Made by a program: the position numbers and the translations under genes. Under the pieces are notes generated by a model. The model saw only the letters and a program-made list of their open reading frames with translations, made no database searches and was not told the origin of the DNA. From Tubiluchus corallicola (taxonomy: Eukaryota; Animalia; Priapulida), in contig JAQGDQ010001004.1 of assembly GCA_030141605.1 (NCBI GenBank), positions 1-64,000 on the forward strand: a stretch of DNA of 64,000 nucleotides. The letters run 5' to 3'. Of the stretch, positions 53,060 to 64,000 are shown piece by piece; position 1 is the stretch's first letter; every line of letters begins with the position of its first letter.

Positions 53060-53420
53060 AAATTCAAAAACTTCAATCTATTTTGGAAAAGTGTAGAATT
53101 GCTGCAGTGACCAAAGCTGCGTCATTTACTGAACGGGGTAAGGAATTCCATACTTGAACAACACGGTTGAAGAAGAAAAACCCAAAACCTTTTTTATTCG
53201 TTCTATGAACATACAGCTTAAAACTACAGTTGCTTTTTGTCCTAATAGTTAGTGCTCTTGTGAAAAATTTTTGGGATCTAAATCAACATCCATTTAAATT
53301 ATCTTGTAACTTAAATCGTTTAGTAATCATCTCTCCTGTAATGATCTTAAATGAAGGGTTTTGCGTCTTTCTGGACAGGTTTCATATACATATATTAAAG
53401 TTCTGAGTTACATCTATAGT
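53060..53420 (-). mobile_element. CR1-group LINE 3' fragment
   Basis: Minus strand reads FFFFNRVVQVWNSLP at ~53180-53135. Confidence 0.75.
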
Positions 53421-55077
53421 ATAATCGTCTTGCAAAACATTTTTGTACAGTTTCAAAAATATCTACATCCCCATGCAATGATGGACTCCATGTCAGGGAG
53501 CAATATTCAACTACGGGCCTCACACAAACTTATCTTTTCATTAACTTGATATGTCGGTCATTTTCGAAGTTGCCCTGCAAAATTTTCTTGGTACTTGTGT
53601 TTATTTTTTATACATGATGAGCTCAACGACGTTTCCTCTTCTTTTTGCCTTAATTAAAAAAGGAGCAGTGAAGTAGACATGGTGCTTGTTGTCTGTTACT
53701 CGCAAAATGTGCAACAATCTAATTTCATGCACTGTTTATGTTAAATAACGAAAGAAAACAGCAACTTTATAACCAGTTTTTTTATAATCGGATATCATTG
53801 CCTTAATATGCTTTCGTAATTTGTCGAACAACATTATCATTTTATTGTCCAGCAACAACCTGCTTTTAGCATTATTCGAATTTTTTCCAGGCATTACTTG
53901 CATCCATAATTTTACCCCATTTGTGAATCTAGACATCTTAATCCTAGTATCATAAACTAGTAATATTAAGTATTCTATGTGTTTCTGTAGCAACTAATGC
54001 TGTCGTGCGAACAGACGAACATTCTGCAGGGAGACGGACTAATTAATTAACTAATTAATTAATTAAGAAACTAAAAACAAACTCTAATATACACAAATCA
54101 TGCTGGTTGCCAGTCGTTGGTTAACATGGTTTGTAGCGTTGTCTCGTTGCAATTATTTTTTATCCTGCTGGCAAAACTGCAATGCCAAGCTTTGCGATAA
54201 GACTCAAAAAGTCTTGGGTAGCGTTTAACAAGATCTGTGCAAAATCTGCAAAAAATTCAAACTAAGAATAGCAAATATAGCAGTCAGCGATGACAGTGAC
54301 GGCAGTAATGATAATGATGATAAATACAGATCATGAATGACGACGATGATGCGGCAATGAAGAAGAAGAGAAGAAGAAGAATAAGAAGCTGATCATGATG
54401 ATGATGATGATATGATGATGACGACGACGACGATGATGATGATAATGATGATCTTGCAGGCAAACTGATTAATTTAGTTAGATACAAAGTGAATACAACT
54501 CTGAATCTCAAAGACGTTCGAATCTGTGTGAATTTGTTTTGATTTGTTGCTATTGTTGAGCAAAAACCCGATTTACTGATTGGCAAGGCTTTCTCAACAG
54601 TGTACTGTTAATGTGAATAGATGCCTACAGACAAATTAGAGATTATGAGACTATGGGCTGTCGAGCAATTAGCTAAGTTGAAAAAATATGACAATCGGTA
54701 GCAGAAAAGCCGTCTCACCGAATCATAAACCGAAACCGAAAGTTTTGCCGTAATTTCACTAATCATACTGCTGATAGTATTACAAACTATAATGCAATAA
54801 AGTGTTTCAAATTGAAATCACGAGACCGTCACTTAAATGTAATCATTCGTATGCAGTTTCGGTAGGAAAAATGAATAACAGGGACCAGACCTTTGCCTTA
54901 CTCGCAGTTGTTGAAACAGTTGACCTGCAAAAATCATTTTATGATAATGATAATGCAGAAAAGTAACCTTTCCATGTCTCTGTGTGTATCTTTTCTCCAT
55001 CCAATGCTTTAAAGAAACTACAACTGAGATTTGACCTTCCGTCAATAATTATCAAACTGAAGGCCTTATAGTTCATG

Positions 55078-55460
55078 AGCAAAATAGATTTAGGAAAAAC
55101 AGAAGTTATCACGATCAAACTACTAGCTTTGTCACTCGAACAAAACTGGAGTCAACTTTTGCGGTATATATTGACTTTAGCAAAGTCTTTGATTGTGTAC
55201 TTAGAGATATGCTCAGGCACAAGCTCTCTGCATTGGGTTACATGGTAAAATGATTAATGCATTAAAAGCAAATGTATGGCAATGTAAAAAGTTGTGCTCT
55301 CAAATAACTGGTTTCTTCACTGATTGGTTCAATGTCAACAACGGATTAAAACAAGGCTGCACATTATCGCCTTTACTATTTTCACTATATAAATGACCAG
55401 ACTTTAGCTCAAAAACCGTGGGGAAAGGTGTGCAAACAATTGTTAATAATGTTAATACGT
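55078..55460 (+). mobile_element. LINE RT fragment, frameshifted
   Basis: QNRFRKNRS...AVYIDFSKVFDCV...DWFNVNNGLKQGCTLSPLLFSLY. Confidence 0.85.
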
Positions 55461-57372
55461 ATGCGAAATCTAAATGTTTTGGTGGACGAGTTTTAGTACT
55501 TTTACACAATTGTTGGATTCTGTGGTTGTACCATTTCTTATGTATCAGTTCATTATCGGTTACTTAAATAAAATTTTTCGATAAGCAAAATTGTCTCAAC
55601 AAGTATATTCTGACATGGGAAAACTTAAACGAGACACTCCTGGTACTATACCCATTATTATTTAACGTACGTCAATAATATATGATTTATTGTAATAAAT
55701 TAATAAATTATCTCTTATGCTGGTGATACCTGCGTAGACACTTACACAATGCATTTCAATTAATGAATTAAAAACAACACGGAAAAACGTAAAACCCAAT
55801 TTGATCAACATCAGTTGCAAAAAATCCTGGAAAACCATATTTATGAAGTTCATTATAAAAAATTGTCTATCATTTCGCCAGTTCACATTTCACCAGTGTA
55901 TCATTTTGTCAGCCGCTTTTGATTTTGATTTCATTGATCATTTGATTTTACCAATTCCTTATTAAACGCAGAATTTTGACATCGTGTCAAAATTGTGAAA
56001 GTGCTTTTATTTGGTTAGAAATTTGCGGCAAACAACCACAAAATGTAAGCAAAATGTTATATTTTAAAACTACGCTTGCTTTATTAACTAGCGGTCAAGT
56101 GGTCTGAACTTAAAGCATATTTTATGCCTTTTTAGCGCCAACTGGAAGATAAATCTTGCGATATTCTGTGAAAAATCAACCTTAGAGTGAGACATACTTG
56201 TTTTTGCGAAAAAGATTTCATTTTCTGAATCGAGCTTAAAAATTGGCTATTTTGAAAGGAACTATTTCTAATCAATTTTAACTCTGACATGATCAGAGTT
56301 TAACCAATAATGAAATTGTCACCCCACGATAGCCATCAGTAAAAGCATCGTTCTTTTTTCTATCAAAATATTCCGACATTTAAAAAAATCGTGTTTACGC
56401 TTAAAATCTTCCTTAATTTTGTTTGCTTGTTTGCTTCCCTTAACAAGTTCGCACAAGTTTATTCTCTTGTTAGACGAAAAATTCATGCAATAAGTAACAG
56501 CTTCATTGGTGCAATACACGGTTAATATACATTATCCATCCATTATGGCATGTGAATGGCGCATCTCAGCATTCTCTAGCATGCTCCAATAACGAGAAGT
56601 GACTGGTGAAGGATAAAGCTCAGATTTGGGGAGTTTGTCCGATCGAAGCACGTTATAATGGTGCTTGGTTATTAAGAGGATGGAAAGGCTATTAACTGCA
56701 TTTAATCTTATTTCGTATTCACCGCATTCACGACGCGAATGCTCGACGAAGCATTGCGTTGCTCGTCACGTAAAACAAAAAATCTGCAAGTCAGTAGGCT
56801 GATAGATACTGATAGCAATCGCCGCCAAAATTACGCAACTTCTGCTACGCAGTAAAATTGCGCTGCGTTTGATAAGTAAAGGATGTCTCTCGGCAAAAAT
56901 ATTCGCGATGCGGTAAAATTACGCGGCGACTCGACAAACAGTTTATACAGGAACGTCAGAAAAATACATTCCCCTCAAATTCTTTAATAAGACAAAAATT
57001 TACAAATTAACTAGAGAAATAGGACTATGGTAAATGTTATACTTTCCAAGTCCGACTAGATACCCAACGACCAGCAAATCCTTTTGGAAGCAAACTTGGT
57101 CGGGACTCATTTTTTCCCGACAATAAGCTCCAAAAGTGTTGTTGCAGAAGCACTTACTGTTTTTATCTCAGGAAGATACTTTGTTTCTGCGCTATAATAC
57201 TGTAATATCACACCACATAATTCTCAACTTCATATCATAATAATTAACATCATAAACTTATCATAACCCTGCTTTAAAAATAAAAATTATTAAATTAATA
57301 ATTACTGACTCAGTAATTTTAATACGTATTGCTATTCATTTTATAAAACAGTACAGCACAATTTGCTATTTT

Positions 57373-59990
57373 AATAATAATAATAATAATAATAATTTGT
57401 TTTTCACATCAGTACAACACTACAGGGCAAATACATGTACAAATAATAAAATAACCAAAATAACAAAATATTTTACATCAAATCAGAAAAATTTATATTG
57501 GCCGTACATATTGTACTGCAGAACGTTGAAGAAGCTGACAGCTTATAAAATCTTTCTGAAAATGTGAAAAAGAGAAGAAGAAAAAGGTTAGTAGTAATAA
57601 TAAACGTTAGGGAAAAATAGTGCGAAGTATGGAGATCGATTGGGGTGGTGTATATTACGATAAAAACTATATTCTTAAATGATAAGTACTACGTATAAAG
57701 GCATAGACAAAGACAGACATAAACTACAATTAATATTTGCAAATTTGATAATTGACAAAGATATATGTTATGTACATATAATATGTATTAACAAAATAAG
57801 CAGAAAAAAACACATAAAAACACAGGTAGTCAATAATTGCTGAAAAAATGACTTTTCATTACTTTCTTAAACTTTTAAATTGAGTGAACTTGTTTTACAG
57901 CTACATGAAGAGAATTCCAGATTTTAGGTGCAGTCATTCTTATAAAGTGTTTCATTGCATTGGTTCTACAGGGCGCTGTAATGTATTCATTAAATCTGGT
58001 GTTATGGACTTTGGGGTTTAAACTGACTGGATTTGCAAAAAAATTAGGGAACAGATTGTTTTTGCTTTATACATAAAGGTACAATAAATAAACATTGTAA
58101 GACACGAGATCGTCAACCGTTAGTATCCGACAGTCTTTAAACAGTTGAGTAATCACAGGATGGTGGTATGGTAAACAATAATTGATTCTTGGGAATTTTC
58201 TTTGTAGAGTACCGAGTTGGTTTAAGTTGGTTACGTACGTTTTACCTGAGAGAATATTACAGTAGCTAAGGCAAGGCGAAATCAGGGCGTTGTACAAAGT
58301 TAATAAGTTAGACTTGATGAGACTACGTCGTATATATGAGATTATTCCAACATTTTTTGCAATCTAATTACTGATCATAGTTATATGGAGTTTCCAGTTT
58401 AGATTTTCGTGTAATACTACGCCCAGGACTTTATTTTGATGTATTCGTTCTATTAGACGGTCGTCTATTTTTAAGTTAATTGTTGGCACAGTTTTGTTCT
58501 TAGAGTGAAAGATAATGCACTTTGTTTTATCAGGGTTTAATGGTAACTTATTAGCTTTAAACCAGTCCGAGCAAGCAGATAGTTTGTAATTCATTTCTGT
58601 CTCAGTTAGAAAACTGTGATCCATAAAGATAGAGGTATCGTCGGCAAGTTGAAAGATTTTAGAATCATTCTCTAGCGTGTTAATGTCATTTATGTAAAGC
58701 AAAAATAAAAGTGCGCCTAGAATTGAGCTCTGTGGAACCCCCGTTTGTAAGATTTGTGTGTTTGAAACAGCATAGTTACATTTAGCAACTTGGGTACGAT
58801 TAGTTAAATAATTGCGAAACCATGAATTAGCTATGCCCTTGATCCCATAATGGTTAAGTTTATCAAGCAGGATAGAGTGATCAACCGTACTGAAGGCCTT
58901 CGATAGGTCACAGAATATACCTACTAACAGCAATGGAGTTGTTTTAAATAACGTTAACAATTTTTTCACAAGCTTTTATTAGAGCTATATCACAGGACGA
59001 ACCCTTGCGGAAACCAAATTGATTTTCACTTAGTAGTTTATGTTTAGTTAGAAAATCTGTCAACTGATTGTGCATAGCTTTTTCAAATATTCTGGAGAAA
59101 AACGACAACAATGAAATTGGCCGGTAGTTATTAATGTCAGTAAGATCTTTTTTATGTAGTGGAATAATAGCTTGTTTGAGTACTTTAGGTATGTCGCCAC
59201 AACTAAACGATAGGTTAATGATGTGGCTCAACGGTGCAGAAATTAAGTGTATAATGTCAGAGGCAATATTTGGAGAGATATTATCGATACCAGCACTTTT
59301 GTTTGAATTGAGAAATTTTGTAATTATTGTGACATCTTGAGGTGTAACAGGTTTTAAAAAAACGATTTGTGAAACGCCCCTCGAAGATAGTCTGTAATAC
59401 ATAGATAATGAACGGTAGAATTTATGATTTTTTTCATCGTATTTTAGCCCAATAGTTGCAAAATAGGTATTAAACTTTTCAGCTATATCTTGACCGTTAG
59501 ATACAAGCATGCCATTTTCGTCTCTATGTTTAGTTTGATTGATGCACGTAATACGATTACTCATAATTTCCTTCATGGTATCCCATGGGTTTTTCATGCT
59601 GTTTTTGCAGCTTTCGAGCTTGTCATTATAGTATTTTGATTTAGCGTAGGTGTTTAACGTGTTTCCATACTGTCTGTAGAATTCTAAAGAGATGCTACTG
59701 TCTTTATTAAGAATTTGTCTACACATTTTGTTTTTGCTTGTTATAGAATTTAACAGGCCTTGCGTTATCCACTGCTTCTTTATTAACTTGCCATCAACGT
59801 TTTTACCGTTCCACAGTTTGGATTTAACGCGAGATGAATAAACCCTTGTGAAAGCGTTTCCATAGCCTCATTAACATTTGTTTCGTTTAACGTTTCATTC
59901 CATGTAATATTGCTCAAATCTTCAATCAATGCTGCTTTAATATTTTCATTGTATATAGTTTTTTTTGTAACTTACTGGCGCAGCAATATT
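57373..59990 (-). mobile_element. 5'-truncated L2/Crack-like LINE; ORF2 disrupted by frameshifts
   Basis: ORFs 58944-59726, 58364-58969 and 58067-58297 give KSAGIDNI, NYRPISLLS, QFGFRKG, DLSKAF, GVPQSSILG, LADDT, LNPDKTK and LGVVLHENLNW; APKIWNSL near 57920; (TTA)n tail at ~57373-57395. Confidence 0.92.
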
Positions 59991-60514
59991 TTGTTAGACA
60001 GTTGTATTATCACTGTTATAAACCTAATGATTTGTTTTTGCTATTAGCTCTAGTTAGGTACTATAACAACATGAGCTAAAATTCCTGGACTAGATAAAAA
60101 TATTTTGATTAACTATAATATGACAAAAATAAATTTCAACGCCATGATCTACTTGTGTTCCCAAAAATGTGAGCCGTCAAGAATTAGGACCATAAGTTTA
60201 CAGTAAAACTTAACCCCCCCCCCCCCGCCTCAAAGGTCTTATTTCCGTTAAACGGACTATTTATTGAATTCTGTAGCCGTTAACGTCGAATGCGTCTTAA
60301 CACATCATGATGATGTTAATAATTAAACGGTTATAACTGAAGTTGATAATAATTATTGATTACCAGAAAAGCGGAACAGAATTAGTGGCTTAAGTCGTTG
60401 ACACTGGATTAATGATTAGACCTCATCAGAACCCTGACTATTTCAAGCTGAAGAAGCTTAAGAATATGATTAATTGGTCATGTGTGAAACGAATTTCCGA
60501 TAGGGCAATTATTG

Positions 60515-60548
60515 TATATATACATACCTACATACATACACACACACA

Positions 60549-60580
<32 letters not shown>

Positions 60581-60608
60581 CACACACACATATATAACTA
60601 TATATATA
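60515..60608. repeat. TA/TACA/CA/CACG microsatellite
   Basis: Directly visible. Confidence 0.9.
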
Positions 60609-63286
60609 AAGTTAAAACTACATTTTATTCTACTGTAATTCGTAAAGACTAAGTGTGAAGTGTTCTGTATATAGTAAGAACGTAATCTTCTGTAGCTTAA
60701 TTGTATAATGAATAACTTTAAAGCCAAGTGAATCACTACTGTCATCAATTCATTAACTATGTAATTACTTAAATGCATATGATATTATAAGGCAGGGAAT
60801 AGATCCCTGTCAAGAACCGGTCTGATGCGTAAAAAACTAGGAGCAGGTTTTTTCCCTTGTAGAGGTTATACTTATGGAAGTCCCCCTAAAGTACTTATAT
60901 AGTACGTAACTGTGCACAGATTATGGATACTAACAATTACTATCGTAAGATCAATGTGACGTCTAACCTTTATGTTGTATTATTACTGTAATTCAAAGTG
61001 TATGTCTAACTTTGTAACATTATTGCAAATAAGTATTTGTATCATGGTGTTTTAATCAATCGTTATTTGCTTTTATTTTATCTCTAGCTAGGAACTACAA
61101 TGAAGATCAACAAAGCACTAATTTGTTTTTGATAATATGCATTTCGAGAATTCCTTTAGATACAAAAAACCTTCAGTCTAATAACATAACATCCCACATT
61201 TCAAGAGGAAACACGTCAGTTAAAATTTTTAGTTCTCGACAGGTCATCACACACGTTTGCACATCAGAGCTAATACTTCCATGTAACTACGTTTTAACAT
61301 TTGTAATAGCTTCCATTTGTTCAAATAAAATCGTGCGTGTGGCACATATTTGCTAACTAAGTTGATAGCTGTCCAAATGAGTCAGAACCTTATTATTTGA
61401 TATAACTAAGTAGTGGTTTCTCTGGTAGTCTAAATTAAACTACAAGCACCTGCCATGTTTTATGACAAAGTTCTACGGAAATCTTATTCAAATGATAACC
61501 GGCAAAAGAACAAAACCAACGATACAATAAAGATGCTGGTATTTATTGCTGAGACGTTTCGGATCATTCTAGAATTCGTTGTCAAGTCAATAAATGCACA
61601 CGTGCAAACAACACAGAATAGGATCTATTTTGATGCTGGAATTGTAATTAAAGAAAAACCAACTTATATACAAGACCATAATATAAAGACATTTATGTAA
61701 GTATAATTCTATTTCTGCAACTTTAACATCTATGTTATTGTTTTAAAACGTCTTTGTGAACATCTTGTGAGAAAGTTAATTTCTCTTTAATTGCAGTTCT
61801 AGTGTTATACCAACAAATCTCTTCAGTGTTGTTTACATTTGTTGACTGACAATGGATTCTAGAATAATCCGAAACTTCTCATCAATAAAACTGGCATCTT
61901 TATTGCTCGGCATGGCTTGTTTATAACTGCGAAGTTGTGACTGTTTGTGACTGTTTGCTAAGGACAGTTAATTCATCAGGTAGGACTCAACTTCGTTTCC
62001 AGAATAGTTTTGGGTTTGTTCTCGAATCATCTTAACACAGTTGTTGTAGTCCCCAAATATCCATAACCAAATATGCTCACTCCAGTGCAGTTCGTGCCCA
62101 ATGGTTTTTTTCCACCCGATTATGCCAGTGCACAAATGTCTGATGCCATATTGTTTGCTGCGCAAATTATAATTGCTTTGCGCCCATTTGTCCAGTGGCC
62201 ATCGAACTGGCCGCTGTCTAACTCTAACCATCTAATGGCATCCGCTAATGAAATAACAGAAATATAAGTTTGCCAAAAAAGTCAATACATCAGAATATTT
62301 TTTATGAAAACAGCAGTGAGACTCGGCGTATTTTTAATGCTAGTAGCTAGACAAAACTTTGAATTATGCTCTGAATTAATGAATTATGAAAAATTGACAG
62401 CTTTGTGTATACTGTGGGAACAACAAAATGTTCTGAATTTTGGTTCACATTAGACTGACCAGCAACAAAATTGCTGACAAAGATTTTAGAGTAAGAGCAA
62501 TCCTCACAAGTCTTGCCATGAGATGGCGTGACAATACCTTCACTTGGAAAGTTTCCGAAAGATGGAGCAGTAAGACAGTACGAATACGCAACAACTGAGG
62601 TAATTACTTATTGTTAAACACAAATTTAGCCTTTTTGCTTCGTACGGATTATTTAAGCCGTAAATTAATTACAAAAAATACATCTAATTAGTTAACAATT
62701 ACTCTAACTGACAAATTTTCGAAAACGTCTTATGTACCCGCTTTTGTGCTGAGATGCTTGTCTTGGCAAGAATAAACTTGTATAAACTTACGATACCAAG
62801 ATAAAAAAACTCCAGACTGCTCAAAAAGCATTCTGTGAAAATCCTATTTCTAATGGAATTCACAATTTACCAATAATTCTGTAAAATCGCGCATGTATGT
62901 ACGTACGTAGTGGAGTATGTAAGTGCAAACAACAATAGTGCGGCATTTTTGTTTCCAGTTGATTCTTTGCTACTGAGTATATGTAAGGTCCATTTCACCT
63001 AAGGGAAAATAACAATCGATTTCTGCCGGATATTCCACGTTGCAAGAAAATTCATTTCGTACAGAAACCGCGCGATTTTTAGGGTCGTCCAATTTCTGTG
63101 TTATGTGTAGTTTCTGTGTTCAATTGCTCGTAAATTGAAGACTTGTTCATTCTATAAATTAATTTCTGACAATTTCGAAGTTTGTGAATATATACATAAT
63201 AATGATAAGCACGTGTTATTTTTTTGTTTTCACAAATATAATAATTGTTGTTGCATTAGTAAAAGGAAAAAATTGTTTACCTTGTT

Positions 63287-63478
63287 GCGGAAGCACGTGT
63301 GGTCGGGTCAGGGATAGGGTCCTCTGCACGCCCTGCTTTCACGTTAGCAGCTACTCACCCCTTTCTTAGATCCAGCCTGGGCTTACACGTGGTGTAAGAA
63401 GCCAGCTGGACCTGGAATGCCAGTACAAAAGCGCGTAGGTCACTACAGCTTGGATTTCTGACACAGGTGCTTCACGGC
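63287..63478. other. GC-rich multi-hairpin segment, candidate structured RNA
   Basis: Closing stem GAAGCACGTGTG...TCAGGGAT / ATTTCTGA-CACAGGTGCTTC enclosing four hairpins; no family recognised. Confidence 0.35.
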
Positions 63479-64000
63479 GTAGTATGAGTGTTGTTATTTA
63501 GTTTTTGGTGTATTTTCTTCCCCTTTTTCTGTTATAAGTGCTGGCAATACAGCTTGTTACAGTGGTATTCTAGTATTCTATTTTGGGTGTGTTATATGAC
63601 ATGCTACGAAAGGTATATGCAGTTATTTCATAAACAGTTCATTATTAATTAAGATTCAACCCACTGTGTGGCCACCGACTCCCGAGCCAAGTCGAATTCA
63701 GTCTAATATAATTTTGCCGCGCGACCTCCGTGTGAAATGGGCTGAACTGATCCGCGAGTATAACGTCATAAACGCGTTCACACCTGGCTAAGCCTGATCG
63801 AGTGTGATTGTAAATTATTATCCCACAATATTTAAATATTGATTTAAAAAACTGAATTTAACTTGATGGTGTAGGAGGAACTGAACGTCAATAAAAAAAT
63901 CCAAGTCCTTAACCCTTTGACTGAGATCACGGTTCACCAAACCATTTTTAAAGGCCCTACGCCGGATATCCACCGTACAAATTTCGTGAATATAACCCTT

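Noticed and set aside
61968-62245. Exon-like Gly/Cys/Trp-rich segment vaguely like a DSL/EGF module
   Set aside because: Cys spacing does not fit and an in-frame stop is present.

Overview
AT-rich, repeat-dense eukaryotic DNA (probably an invertebrate animal; no prokaryotic operons, CRISPR, rRNA or tRNA seen). The main feature is a minus-strand, errantivirus-like LTR element at 1-5552, truncated by the window start. It has a 347-bp LTR, a tRNA-Arg-like PBS and an uninterrupted F-type envelope frame of >600 codons that the ORF track misses because it runs off the window. I see no gag/pol between the LTR and env. That interval instead holds a cleanly spliced 137-aa antisense gene, head-to-head with env. 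The env signal peptide appears to come from a spliced mini-exon and lies one frame off the ectodomain, with a correctly phased TTTAAAA slippery heptamer at the junction. The rest of the window has one convincing host gene exon (divergent SPOP-like MATH-BTB, 50974-51796, minus strand), a cyclase/KynB-like pseudo-exon, a tandemly amplified glycogenin fragment, a MITE with an 8-bp TSD, Helitron-like pieces, several decayed LINEs, a diverged local duplication, many satellites, and a ~190-nt highly self-complementary segment near 63.3 kb. All translations and alignments were done by eye; no database search was run.
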